Source of the DNA: a virus
Taxonomy: Duplodnaviria; Heunggongvirae; Uroviricota; Caudoviricetes
Length of the DNA stretch: 64,000 nt
Virus record (IMG/VR): IMGVR_UViG_3300023210_000014
Span: 50,797 to 114,796 of that record
Reading direction: 5' to 3' (one strand)
Shown: positions 1-9,288 of the stretch, piece by piece
Position numbering within the stretch: position 1 is the first letter of the stretch
How the letters are laid out: the number at the start of each line of letters is the position of its first letter
Program-made: the position numbers and the translations under genes
Notes under the pieces: generated by a model
Told to the model about the DNA's origin: nothing
What the model saw: the letters and a program-made list of their open reading frames with translations, nothing else
Database searches by the model: none

Positions 1-129
1 GGTATTGCTGATGAAGAAGGCTATTTGGCATTTGATGGTAAAACATGGAAAACCAAAAAAGGCGTTGAAGCTGCTTTTAAAAAAGTAGACGAAGGTGTTG
101 GATTTTACATCATTGAAGTACCTGCTTAA
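1..129 (+). CDS. 3' end of an upstream gene (partial, C-terminal 42 aa ...GVGFYIIEVPA*)
   Basis: Open frame 1 runs in from the window edge to TAA at 127-129. It is followed by a hairpin terminator. No similarity recognised. Confidence 0.4.
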   Translation, partial: GIADEEGYLAFDGKTWKTKKGVEAAFKKVDEGVGFYIIEVPA

Positions 130-140
130 TAACCCCAATT

Positions 141-170
141 GGGCAAGATCAAATGGTCTTGCCCTTTTTT
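141..170 (+). terminator. rho-independent terminator (GGGCAAGATC-aaat-GGTCTTGCCC + T6)
   Basis: 10-bp stem with one G-U pair, 4-nt loop, T6 run 165-170, directly after the stop codon at 129. Confidence 0.6.
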
Positions 171-565
171 GTCTCCAATAATAATCTAAGCTTTCTACTC
201 ACTACACTTCCCATATTGACAATATCATATTCCCATATACGTATCAATTCAAAGCCCCACGCCTTGGCAAGGTTGTCCTTGTAAGCATCGTTTTTGAGAT
301 TCTTCTTTTGCATCTTATTGATTGGGCCCTTTGGATATTTCCTTGGATTGCAATGATAATAATCACCATCAACCTCAATAAGAATACCATAGTCGGGGAG
401 ATAGAAATCGTAAATTTTGTCTTTGAGGATATGTTGAGCCTTGAATTTGATTCCAAGTTCAGTCAGCATTTTGGCAAACTTTGTTTCAAGGCCATTCATT
501 TTTGCTTTGGAGTGTTTGAAGATCGAGCTCTTCTTTTTTAAGCGCCTATAACTCTTCTTTTTCAT
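149..565 (-). CDS. Vsr/DUF559-like PD-(D/E)xK endonuclease (homing-endonuclease-like)
   Basis: 138-aa ORF. The ...DFYLPDYGILIEVDGDYYHC...DNLAKAWGFELIRIWEYDI pattern matches the very-short-patch-repair/DUF559 endonuclease fold (D...E-V-D-G...H, then R-I-W-E). It is isolated on the minus strand among plus-strand phage genes, as free-standing endonucleases typically are. Confidence 0.5.
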   Translation of the reverse strand: MKKKSYRRLKKKSSIFKHSKAKMNGLETKFAKMLTELGIKFKAQHILKDKIYDFYLPDYGILIEVDGDYYHCNPRKYPKGPINKMQKKNLKNDAYKDNLAKAWGFELIRIWEYDIVNMGSVVSRKLRLLLETKKGKTI

Positions 566-674
566 GGAACCTCATTCTGTGCTAAACTTTGTTGCCTGGG
601 TCTATATGTTACTATGAAAGAAAACAAGTGCGCTCTAAGAATTTAAAACGCACTTGTAAGTTGTTTGTTAACAA

Positions 675-1163
675 TTAATAAGAAAGGACTGCCCTGTCAT
701 ATCTTAAAGTCACAGACACATTCAGCAAACCATCGTTAGTCATATCAAGCTCACCGAAGTCAGCATTGGTAATAAACGCACCATAGATAATCCACTTTTC
801 AACTTCTTCTCCAGTTGGATCAAGAATCTTAAGTGTCAGATCTTTCTTGTAATTGGTTGCGTAACCCATTTTACCAGTTGAAGATTCAAAGTGCATTCGG
901 ATCCAATCCATCACCTTTTGGGAGGTGGAAGGACCAATCACATCAATGAAGGTAATATCCATTGGTTCAAAAGATACGTTACCAGCCATATAGGTATGAG
1001 TATTCATATATTGAATATCAATTTCATTGAAGGTCATTTTTGGTCGACCAGCAGTTTGAACCATCCATTCAGCAAAATCTAAATCAGCTGGGAACTCCAG
1101 CACAAACAGGTTGGAAGTCTTCGGTTGAAGATCTACAGGTATTGGTCTCAACATTTCAGCCAT
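675..1163 (-). CDS. hypothetical protein (162 aa)
   Basis: Clean ORF with ATG start. No recognisable motifs. Confidence 0.4.
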   Translation of the reverse strand: MAEMLRPIPVDLQPKTSNLFVLEFPADLDFAEWMVQTAGRPKMTFNEIDIQYMNTHTYMAGNVSFEPMDITFIDVIGPSTSQKVMDWIRMHFESSTGKMGYATNYKKDLTLKILDPTGEEVEKWIIYGAFITNADFGELDMTNDGLLNVSVTLRYDRAVLSY

Positions 1164-1213
1164 TATATTCTCTCTTTCTATAAGCTAATCAGCATTATGT
1201 TTCATTTATCAGT

Positions 1214-1221
1214 TATAAATA
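1214..1221 (+). promoter_or_regulatory. TATAAATA box, candidate T4-type late promoter -10 upstream of the tape-measure gene
   Basis: Exact TATAAATA about 54 nt upstream of the 1275 start. A gp55-like late sigma factor is encoded at 52134-52859. I found only this one exact copy, so it is weak. Confidence 0.2.
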
Positions 1222-1274
1222 CCTGTCAAACTATATGAATCAAATATTTATTATGACAACACAGAGGTTAATCT

Positions 1275-3836
1275 ATGGAAACTAATTTTAGTAATAATGA
1301 AGGCTTTTCGGGCTTCATACAATCGACAACTAAATTCAGCGCATCTATCGCGACATTCGTTACTGGGGTGGATGCATTTAATTCAGGTAATGTCAATTTT
1401 GTAAGTACACTTAAGACTTGGGGAAAAACATTTTCACTTACGAGCTTAATTGCTGCCACTGAAAAAATAGCCGGAAGATATTTGGACGCAAGAGTTGATC
1501 TTACTAAATCACTGAGTTTAGTTGGAACAAAAAAAGATAAAATGATGGATCTGATCCAATCCGAAAGGGAGTCGTTATTATTATATGGTGTAACAATAAA
1601 AGACACCAGCGAGATTATGAAGGGTCTAGTCCGGGAATTTGGGACCATTGATTTAGCTACTAAAGAAGATGGTTTGATTAAATCAACTGCTCTCATGGCA
1701 AAAGGATTTCACACAACAAATGAGGCAATGGCGGAAGTTGTTGGTAAGTTTAGTGTATTAAATGGGATGGACAAATTAGGCATTGAAGGTGCGATGGGCT
1801 CCCTTGCCGCAACAGCCGATGCAGCTAATGTTTCCTCCGCCGCAGTATTTGATAATCTTAAGTCTGCGTCCAATATGATGTATTTGTTTAATATGAAGGG
1901 GGATGACGCGGAAAAGAAGTGGGCAAAAATGGGAACAACCATGACAGCCATGGGCGTGAATATGGGATCGGCCATTGATGCATCTCAAGAATTTAGAAAC
2001 GTTGGATCTGCTGTTTCAAAGTCGGCTGAATTATCCGCGTTGGGAATTCAACTTGGTCCAACAGCATTGATGCAACAGGCTTATGATCCGACTAATATTG
2101 ATAAAAACATGTTTAATGTGTTTGGCCAAATGGAAGGTAAAACTGAGGCGGAAAAATTTGCAATATCCCAAAGTGCATCAGGTGCGTTTGGAATGAGTAG
2201 AGATGAATTTATGTCTGCATTTAGTAAAGCCCAAAACTTTGATCAATTTGATGCAGTAATAGCTGGAAATGCTGACGCTATAAAAGCCTGGGAAGAGCAA
2301 ACTGAAGAAGCCAAGCATTTCAGTGAGAGATTAGATTCTTTGATTGAAGTTGTAGTTAAAGATCTTATTGATCCATTTATGGCCCCATTGGTTGAAACCC
2401 TACAGTCCATCTTTGGAGCACTTACATCTGGGCCAGGTATCATAGCATTACAGGGAATTGCTGGAATTGTTGGAGGAATGTTTTTACTTCAAAAAGCAAA
2501 ACAGGGAGTTGATGCTATTGGTGGATTGATTGGCGGCGGTGGTCCCGCCGGTATGAGAAATATGTTAGCAAATGGTAGAGTTGGTTCATCCGTAATTAGA
2601 GGACTAGGAAGTAAAAATAAATTTGTTCGAGGAATATCTGGTTTTGGTTCTAAACTCTTAGGTGGCGGTAGCGGAATGGCTGGTGGAGGTGGCATGCCAG
2701 GTGGAGGAATGCCAGGCGGTGGAATGCCAGGCGCCGGAGGGCCTGGTGGTGCTGGAGGAATGTTCCAAAATATGTCAGGGTCAGGATTAATCAAAGGTGC
2801 AGCAGCAATGGTAATTATGGCGGGAGCTATGTTCTTGATGGCAAAAGCACTGAAACAATTTGAAGGACTCGATTGGAAAACCCTCGGAATGGCTGGAGCA
2901 ACATTAGTTGGAATGACCGCAGCATTTGTTGCAATTGGAATGGTAATGAGTTCCGGTGTTGGAACCGTTGCTATCCTTGCAGGAGCAGCGGCTATAGTGA
3001 TTCTAGGAGTTGCTATGATCCCAGCAGCTTACGCGATGAAGATATTTGGAGATGCTGCTATCAAAATGAGTGCAGCAGTTAAACCTCTATTAGAAATAAT
3101 TACGGGTGGGCTTTTATCTGCATTCACTGTTTTGAGTGATACCGTCGTAAGAGTTTTCCAAATCATATCAGACTCAATTCAACCATTTGGGAATATGGTT
3201 GGAAATATGGTTACTAAAGTTGGGATGGCTATTCAACCTCTATTGGAAATGTTCACTGGAGTATTTCTAACTGGCTTCCAAACTTTAAGTAATACGATTA
3301 TAACCGTAGTTCAAACTATGACTGGAGCAATTGAGCCATTTGGGAATATGGTTACCAAGATTTTTGGAGCTATAAGTGAGGGATTTAATTCTACAATTTT
3401 GACAATGACTGATTCAATAAAGGGATTAGCTTCTGGAGAATTTGATTATATGGGTGCAGCCAAGGGAATTGCTGCAATGGGTCTAGCGGTTGGTACTTTC
3501 GGAACTGTAACTGCTGGAGCTGGTTTAGCAAAAGGAGCTGCAGATAAAATTAGTGGATTATTTGGAATGGATGAAAACGCATTCAATCCAATCGAAGGAC
3601 TAGGTAAGGTCGCCAAACAATATGTAACTCCTCTTCAGCAAACAGGAGTTGCTATTCAGAATATTGCTGATGGGATGGAAAGAATTTCAAAAGTGAATGA
3701 ATTGGGCAACCTAGCTATTGACAGTAATGTAAACTCAAGCAGTGGACGAATGTTGGAAGCAAATATTAGAATTGATATGAATGGAACAAAATTAGCGGAA
3801 CAACTAGAACACATCTGGGCAGGAGATAAGAAATAA
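1275..3836 (+). CDS. tail tape measure protein
   Basis: 853 aa, alpha-helical/coiled-coil N-terminal half, Gly-rich (GGMP)n repeat at about nt 2660-2760, multiple hydrophobic segments, repeated GxxEPFGNMV motifs. Typical TMP composition and position. Confidence 0.85.
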   Translation: METNFSNNEGFSGFIQSTTKFSASIATFVTGVDAFNSGNVNFVSTLKTWGKTFSLTSLIAATEKIAGRYLDARVDLTKSLSLVGTKKDKMMDLIQSERESLLLYGVTIKDTSEIMKGLVREFGTIDLATKEDGLIKSTALMAKGFHTTNEAMAEVVGKFSVLNGMDKLGIEGAMGSLAATADAANVSSAAVFDNLKSASNMMYLFNMKGDDAEKKWAKMGTTMTAMGVNMGSAIDASQEFRNVGSAVSKSAELSALGIQLGPTALMQQAYDPTNIDKNMFNVFGQMEGKTEAEKFAISQSASGAFGMSRDEFMSAFSKAQNFDQFDAVIAGNADAIKAWEEQTEEAKHFSERLDSLIEVVVKDLIDPFMAPLVETLQSIFGALTSGPGIIALQGIAGIVGGMFLLQKAKQGVDAIGGLIGGGGPAGMRNMLANGRVGSSVIRGLGSKNKFVRGISGFGSKLLGGGSGMAGGGGMPGGGMPGGGMPGAGGPGGAGGMFQNMSGSGLIKGAAAMVIMAGAMFLMAKALKQFEGLDWKTLGMAGATLVGMTAAFVAIGMVMSSGVGTVAILAGAAAIVILGVAMIPAAYAMKIFGDAAIKMSAAVKPLLEIITGGLLSAFTVLSDTVVRVFQIISDSIQPFGNMVGNMVTKVGMAIQPLLEMFTGVFLTGFQTLSNTIITVVQTMTGAIEPFGNMVTKIFGAISEGFNSTILTMTDSIKGLASGEFDYMGAAKGIAAMGLAVGTFGTVTAGAGLAKGAADKISGLFGMDENAFNPIEGLGKVAKQYVTPLQQTGVAIQNIADGMERISKVNELGNLAIDSNVNSSSGRMLEANIRIDMNGTKLAEQLEHIWAGDKK

Positions 3837-4981
3837 TGGGATTTCCAAATGAAGCAGTAAAACGGGTTAGAAAAATACGCCATTCTTATGACATGGCTAT
3901 GGCATCTGAACGTGAATATGAGAGACAACGACAAAATAACCACACAAAAGTAATCCAAAATGCAATTGAATCTGTAGTTGGACGAGGTTTAGGAATGATT
4001 GGTAACGCGTCATTTTCCAGTATGAGATCTGACAATTTTGGATTGGATAATATTGGTGCACCAGATTTAATTCCTCCTAGACCAATTGGACCTCTGGAAG
4101 AAATGCCATTGTCCAGTGTGATTAGTGATTCAATTAGACTTCAAAACGTTTTGAAAAATACTCAGGTTGCTGCAGAGCACAGACTTCGCGTAAAAACCGA
4201 ACTTAATAAAAGAGCAAGAAGAATTGTTTCTGCGACGGGTGAAGAAGTACTATTTGGTAACACAATCAAGAACACAAAAACAGAAGCTAACATTATTGAC
4301 TCTGTAAAGAATTTAAATGCACTGGAAACCAATGCCCGTGAAGCTAGTATGAAGAAAGCAAAACGTATTGTAGCTGAAACTGGTGAAGAACGAATCTTTT
4401 CAAATCAATATAATTCAGCTCAACACTACACACTTGAAATGAATGAACCTAAATTTGAATTTATAATCGAAAATTTGGCCTTGCCTGGTGACGGAAAAAT
4501 GAGATTTCCTGCTAGAATATCCAGATACAATGAGTCAAATGGTGCTAGCTGGGATGGCATTTCTTATGTGAATGGAATAGAAGATAAATACATTTATCAG
4601 AGAGGCGACAAATCGTTTGATTTAGAATTTTCTCTTTTTGTTGCAAAAGACGAATCAACAGAAGAAGATATTTTTGCACAAGAGAATCTATGTCGTCAAG
4701 CCTTTGGTTTATATCTTGAATTTCTAAACAAGATTAATCGTCCCAGACTTTCGTCAAATAATCACATTGCTGCAGTACCCCATTGCAAACTCACATTGGG
4801 ACAATTAATTATTGCTCAGCTTTGTATAATTGAAAGCGTCAATATTGCATATGACCCTGATGTTTGGGAATACACTCCCGGAAAACAGGCGCCATTATTT
4901 GCAAATATTTCCTTGACCGGAAAATACATTTTCGGATCACCTAATGTTGAAACGAAATTTTATGGAGAAGCTTATGAATAG
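3836..4981 (+). CDS. tail protein following the tape measure (gpU/DNA-circulation position)
   Basis: 381 aa, start overlaps the TMP stop. Internal duplicated segment (RRIVSATGEEVLFGN / KRIVAETGEERIFSN). Assignment is by position only. Confidence 0.45.
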   Translation: MGFPNEAVKRVRKIRHSYDMAMASEREYERQRQNNHTKVIQNAIESVVGRGLGMIGNASFSSMRSDNFGLDNIGAPDLIPPRPIGPLEEMPLSSVISDSIRLQNVLKNTQVAAEHRLRVKTELNKRARRIVSATGEEVLFGNTIKNTKTEANIIDSVKNLNALETNAREASMKKAKRIVAETGEERIFSNQYNSAQHYTLEMNEPKFEFIIENLALPGDGKMRFPARISRYNESNGASWDGISYVNGIEDKYIYQRGDKSFDLEFSLFVAKDESTEEDIFAQENLCRQAFGLYLEFLNKINRPRLSSNNHIAAVPHCKLTLGQLIIAQLCIIESVNIAYDPDVWEYTPGKQAPLFANISLTGKYIFGSPNVETKFYGEAYE

Positions 4982-5210
4982 GCCAACAGTTTTAAAACCA
5001 ATTAAATTCAGAGACACAGATATTCACATTGAATTTAATAATGTGGACAGGCTGGATTTGATTTCATATCGAATTTATAAGGACCCATCATATTGGTGGA
5101 TAATTTTACATGCAAACGGATATTCGATTGAATTTGATATTGAAGAAGGCGAATTAATTCGTATTCCATATCCGCTAGACGATGCAATCAGTGACGTTAT
5201 GGCAATATAA
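4974..5210 (+). CDS. LysM-like tail protein X (gpX-like)
   Basis: 78 aa from the ATG at 4974, with GGAG 6 nt upstream. The stop of the previous gene overlaps as ATGAATAG. ...LDLISYRIYKDPSYWWIILHANG... resembles the LysM-like fold of P2 gpX-family tail proteins. Confidence 0.5.
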   Translation: MNRPTVLKPIKFRDTDIHIEFNNVDRLDLISYRIYKDPSYWWIILHANGYSIEFDIEEGELIRIPYPLDDAISDVMAI

Positions 5211-6820
5211 TGAGATACACCGAAGTTACATTTAATGCGTTTGATGGTGATTTTGTGCTGATTGGTAATCAGAGTCAAGTTTACAAGGATATGGAAGTTG
5301 GAATCAGCAACTTATCGATTAAAGTTGCGAGTCAATCTATCATAGCATCATTCAAATTAACAATACCAAATATCATTATCGGAAATAATTCTAAAATATA
5401 CGAAGCCAACGTTAAACGACTGTTTGATTTGCGTAATAATTGGGAAATTAATATTGATGGACATGTAAGATTTAAGAATATGCGAACTTTTGAATCAACT
5501 CTTGAATATTCTGTTTCATCAAAGGGAGTCGAAATTGATTTCACTCTGCATGGCGCATTATATTCTGCCTTAAATCATATTCGGATTGGAAATCTCACTT
5601 TTAAAACCCCAGAACCAGATGAAAAAATAACTTTGGAATGGGCTGTCACTGAATTAATGAGAGCATCAAAAGAACGAATCAGATTTTATGTAGAAAACAG
5701 TAATGCAGCTATAGATGCTAAAGCTGTAACCCCTCGTTTATTAAGTGATGAAGAAATTTATGAACAGATTAATTCACCAAACATCAGAACGAAGGATAGT
5801 CAAGAATATAAAGATATGATGGCTACTCCAAAAAGTCAGAGACGAGTTACTGAAGATTACAGACCAATTAGAGATGATGAAAATCCACTATTGAATTTTA
5901 AGGAGTCTGCAATTCCAGACTTAGCCGACATGGACGTTATTGTGATTGCAAAAAATGAAAGTTCTGCAAAAACAGAATATAGTGCCGTTTGGGAAACTGA
6001 ATTAGATCAAACAGGTGAGATTAGAAACATCACAAATGAAGGTGAGCGCGAGGCAAAAACCTCTGCTGCTGCATTACTTGAAGCAATTTTAAGAGATGAA
6101 GGCCTACAATTAATCCAATTACCTTATATTGAAATGGGTGGACCCTCGAATATTCTGATTATTCCTTTAACTGCAATAGCAGGTGGGGCATATAAGGAAT
6201 TCACGCGTCAAGGCGCCGGGCAAACGGCAACTTTTACCTTAAGATCGCAAAAAATTCCCAGAATTGATTTACTTTCCACCAATAATGGTGTACTATCAGT
6301 AGGAGCCTCCACAACAAAAGGCAGAGAAAGTCAGGCATCAGTCATGCAATCATATAATATTGCATTTCAAAATAATGATGAAACTGACGGTAAAGAAACT
6401 GAAAAGTCTATTTACAATATTCTGGAACAAACGGCAAAAACGATCACAATTGATTCAATTGGTTTGCCTAGGTTAAATTATTATGCATCCTATTCGATTG
6501 AATTTATTGGATCGATGTTCACGGGCACATATAAGGTTATTGACTTTGAACATAAAATCGACGGGAACAAATTCACGACTTCATTTGAAGCGGTACGAAT
6601 CGATCCTTCGGTGGGTAAAAGCTCAAGTGAAGCTAAAGCAGAATACAAAAAAGACAATTCCAAAAACAAAGACAATCAGGACGATGAGTCAGATTGGACA
6701 ATTCCTCCGACAGATACAATTTCATGTCTTAGTGGCCCACAGGGCAAAGAATGGGAACGTATTGAATATGAGGATCTAAGTGAAAAACCACTTTGGAAGC
6801 CGCCCACAAAAATAGAGTAG
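5210..6820 (+). CDS. tail/baseplate-associated protein (gpD-like position)
   Basis: 536 aa, TAATG overlap with the previous gene, acidic Lys-rich C-terminus. Assigned by synteny (TMP-U-X-D) only. Confidence 0.4.
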   Translation: MRYTEVTFNAFDGDFVLIGNQSQVYKDMEVGISNLSIKVASQSIIASFKLTIPNIIIGNNSKIYEANVKRLFDLRNNWEINIDGHVRFKNMRTFESTLEYSVSSKGVEIDFTLHGALYSALNHIRIGNLTFKTPEPDEKITLEWAVTELMRASKERIRFYVENSNAAIDAKAVTPRLLSDEEIYEQINSPNIRTKDSQEYKDMMATPKSQRRVTEDYRPIRDDENPLLNFKESAIPDLADMDVIVIAKNESSAKTEYSAVWETELDQTGEIRNITNEGEREAKTSAAALLEAILRDEGLQLIQLPYIEMGGPSNILIIPLTAIAGGAYKEFTRQGAGQTATFTLRSQKIPRIDLLSTNNGVLSVGASTTKGRESQASVMQSYNIAFQNNDETDGKETEKSIYNILEQTAKTITIDSIGLPRLNYYASYSIEFIGSMFTGTYKVIDFEHKIDGNKFTTSFEAVRIDPSVGKSSSEAKAEYKKDNSKNKDNQDDESDWTIPPTDTISCLSGPQGKEWERIEYEDLSEKPLWKPPTKIE

Positions 6821-6829
6821 AGGAAAATA

Positions 6830-7561
6830 ATGGTTATTTGCAACATAATAGTTGAAAGAAAAACTGAATTAACTGAGTCCCTTCCAAGTTTTGTCAATGT
6901 ATGTGATAAGCATTGGAAGGTTATGGATAAACTTCCCACACTGATTTATGGTTATAGATTGGCCAAAGAATTATATCCAAATGACTTAAAAGTTGGTCAA
7001 CTATACTTAAGACAATTGATACAGTGGAGCTACACTGAAGAAGAAATGCAATCGGAATGTTGGTTGAATGATTTTATTGATGAATCTGTGGCCAAGCATC
7101 TTCAGTGTAGTGAACACTCTATTGACGTTTTATTTGACCATAGGAATTTTGATATTGGATCCTTCATTTCAGGATTATCTGAATTTCCATTGGTTCATGC
7201 TGGCGCCCATGAAATATATGTAGCTGAAAAGCGAGAATCCCAAGTTATCGTTCACTCTTTCCAAATGGACAACTTAAGGTATGCAGAAATAGACCCCGAG
7301 GCATTTTTCATTCAACTTGTTTCCGAATTAGATTCCCAGTGCATTTTATTTTCCACTGATGAATTTATGGAAAGTATGTTCGCAAAACCTCCACTGTCAT
7401 TTCAGGACCTACTTTTAGCAAAAAATGGAACGGAAATAACATTCAAGGAAATAATAACTACCTTTTCACCTCACGTAAATGAATTCAAAAAGGAAATGCT
7501 GTTAGCATACGTTCTTCGACACCCTCTTTACTCTCCAACACTTTTCAAACACTTTATTTAG
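6830..7561 (+). CDS. hypothetical protein (243 aa)
   Basis: ORF with a ribosome-binding site (GAGGAAAATAATG). No motifs recognised. Confidence 0.45.
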   Translation: MVICNIIVERKTELTESLPSFVNVCDKHWKVMDKLPTLIYGYRLAKELYPNDLKVGQLYLRQLIQWSYTEEEMQSECWLNDFIDESVAKHLQCSEHSIDVLFDHRNFDIGSFISGLSEFPLVHAGAHEIYVAEKRESQVIVHSFQMDNLRYAEIDPEAFFIQLVSELDSQCILFSTDEFMESMFAKPPLSFQDLLLAKNGTEITFKEIITTFSPHVNEFKKEMLLAYVLRHPLYSPTLFKHFI

Positions 7562-7586
7562 GCGTGGTTTTTCCACGCTTTTTTAT
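7562..7586 (+). terminator. rho-independent terminator (GCGTGG-ttttt-CCACGC + T-run)
   Basis: Perfect 6-bp GC-rich stem immediately after the stop at 7561, followed by TTTTTTATT. Confidence 0.6.
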
Positions 7587-7746
7587 TCTCCCCGTCCATC
7601 CATCATATGTTAGCATTACTTTAGGCATTGGTTTAAACCCTCACCAAAAAACAATACATTAAGTGGGGGTCTGGGAGCAATACAATCCTCACCCGTATGT
7701 CACCTCACAATGAATAATCAACTATTTTGGTTTATTTGTCAGAAAA

Positions 7747-7777
7747 GGTTTACATTTCATAGAAAGTCGATATAATG
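7747..7777 (+). promoter_or_regulatory. conserved phage promoter copy 1 (GG-TTTACA-N16-GATATAATG)
   Basis: TTTACA at 7749-7754 and TATAAT at 7771-7776. One of 9 near-identical copies, all upstream of plus-strand genes. Confidence 0.55.
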
Positions 7778-7866
7778 GGGATAAGGGCGAAGGGCTTCAG
7801 GAGCACTAGGGCACACTGGACATCTGCACATATACACTATACACTAAACAAAACAAAGGAGAGAAA

Positions 7867-8775
7867 ATGAATGAAGAAAAAGAGAATTATAATAGGCTCA
7901 TTAAAGCTTCTCAAGCTGAAAAGATATTAGGATCATGCAAAATACATATTGATGTTTCGAAATTATCCATCTTCAATCAAGTAAATCCATCAGATGAAAA
8001 AATGGCTTACTATTTGGCTGCAAAGGACACTGGATTTATTTCAACGAAGTATGCTTCCAGAGGTAAAATAACTGCCAGAATGTTCACCACTCCAAATAAT
8101 CTGAATCTGATCACTCTTTCTGATAGTGAAATTTTAAAGTGCATCGATTCCAGATTTGATCCAGGTTATATAGTTGAAATCGATTATTCTTCATATGAGT
8201 TCGGGATTGCTTGTGGTCTCATGGGTTTTACTGATTTTGATGGTTTAGACGTTCACCAAATGGTTGCAGAGGAATTGAAAATAGAAAGGAATAAAGCTAA
8301 GAAATTGGTTTATGCAATGCTTTACGGTATGTCAGATTCAAATCTTGCAAATATTGTCACTCCATATCAAATTGACAATCTAACGAGTTTATTTATGGAA
8401 TTCCTAAACGCTAAAAATGAATACTTGATATCACTTGAGTCTCAATTTGATACTTCTCAATACGTTACCAATGTCTTTGGAAGAAAGATTTACCCTAAAC
8501 ACAAAGGGAACATATTTAATAATGTAATTCAAACAACTGGCTCAGATATTATGATTGATACGGTTATTAGAATTAAAAAACTTGAAAAATTTAACATATT
8601 ATTTCACCGTTTCGATTCATTATACTTTGATTTCACAAAAGACGATTTATACAAATCACTTAGCACTTTAATAGAAGCTATGAATCAAAGTGAATTGGAG
8701 GTGAATTTTAATTTACAGACAGCGGTTTACGTAGGTAAATCAGCTCACAATTTAAAAAAGCTAAAAATGAAATGA
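7867..8775 (+). CDS. family A DNA-polymerase-like palm/fingers protein (mini PolA-like)
   Basis: IVEIDYSSYEFGIA matches Pol I motif A (DYSQIELR). ERNKAKKLVYAMLYGMSDSNLA matches the motif B/O-helix (RxxAKxxNFGxxYGxSxxxLA). ILFHRFDSLYFD lies where motif C (VHDELVFE) would be. The protein is only 302 aa and has no exonuclease or thumb region. Confidence 0.5.
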   Translation: MNEEKENYNRLIKASQAEKILGSCKIHIDVSKLSIFNQVNPSDEKMAYYLAAKDTGFISTKYASRGKITARMFTTPNNLNLITLSDSEILKCIDSRFDPGYIVEIDYSSYEFGIACGLMGFTDFDGLDVHQMVAEELKIERNKAKKLVYAMLYGMSDSNLANIVTPYQIDNLTSLFMEFLNAKNEYLISLESQFDTSQYVTNVFGRKIYPKHKGNIFNNVIQTTGSDIMIDTVIRIKKLEKFNILFHRFDSLYFDFTKDDLYKSLSTLIEAMNQSELEVNFNLQTAVYVGKSAHNLKKLKMK

Positions 8776-9167
8776 AATTTACCCTACTTTTGTCCTTTGT
8801 CGAAACTGAAAAGCTTTATGACGCGATCGATCAAATTTCCAAAACCCTAAATATGGATCCAAATTATATTTTCGTATTTAAATCAGATCATCTAGACGGA
8901 TATATCCTGACATTCAATCTGAACCCAAATAAAAGTAATATCCAGTATTCTGCGATTTGGCCAAATACCATTTCTATTCACAGAAAAAAGCAAACCAACA
9001 CCCTGTATTCTTTGAATGCTATGAATCAAATGATAAAAAATGAGAACAATGGGGTATTTAAATCGGGGTATAAATTAAATTGGGAAACCTTAAATAACTC
9101 ACTTTTAATTGTGAAAAACAATAGGTTAGAGATATTTAGACTAGACAAAATCAAAATAAATAGATAA
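8772..9167 (+). CDS. hypothetical protein (131 aa)
   Basis: ORF overlapping the previous stop (ATGA). No motifs recognised. Confidence 0.4.
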   Translation: MKFTLLLSFVETEKLYDAIDQISKTLNMDPNYIFVFKSDHLDGYILTFNLNPNKSNIQYSAIWPNTISIHRKKQTNTLYSLNAMNQMIKNENNGVFKSGYKLNWETLNNSLLIVKNNRLEIFRLDKIKINR

Positions 9168-9181
9168 AAATATTTCTTTTT

Positions 9182-9213
9182 GGTTTACATTCAACGACAA
9201 ACATGATACAATA
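9182..9213 (+). promoter_or_regulatory. conserved phage promoter copy 2 (TGG-TTTACA-N17-TACAAT)
   Basis: TTTACA at 9184-9189 and TACAAT at 9207-9212, upstream of the gp32-like gene. Confidence 0.5.
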
Positions 9214-9288
9214 AGAATCATCAACGACACACTAGTGTCACTCAACGTAACAAACACATCGTTACAATTTAACAAAGGAGTATCCCAC

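Noticed and set aside
1214-1221. A T4-type late promoter regulon (TATAAATA) throughout the structural region
   Set aside because: Only one exact TATAAATA was found, upstream of the TMP gene. Other structural-gene upstream regions lack it. It is kept as a single low-confidence feature rather than a regulon.
2660-2760. Gly-Met-Pro low-complexity DNA repeat as a separate repeat element
   Set aside because: It is an in-frame (GGMP)n linker inside the tape measure protein, typical of TMPs. It is not a mobile or regulatory repeat.
2489-2794. Pro-rich 101-aa minus-strand ORF and other minus-strand ORFs nested in plus-strand genes (e.g. 1268-1696, 1709-1988, 28802-29465, 53031-53488, 56843-57320)
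   Set aside because: They are reverse-complement shadows of well-supported plus-strand genes. The Pro-rich one mirrors the Gly-rich TMP repeat. They have no ribosome-binding sites and no independent support.
7562-7866. tRNA or other structured RNA gene in the long intergenic regions (also 47647-47933, 59543-59814)
   Set aside because: No cloverleaf-compatible sequence was seen by eye (no GTTCGAATC-like T-arm or matching acceptor stems). A proper tRNAscan was not possible, so this is a weak negative.
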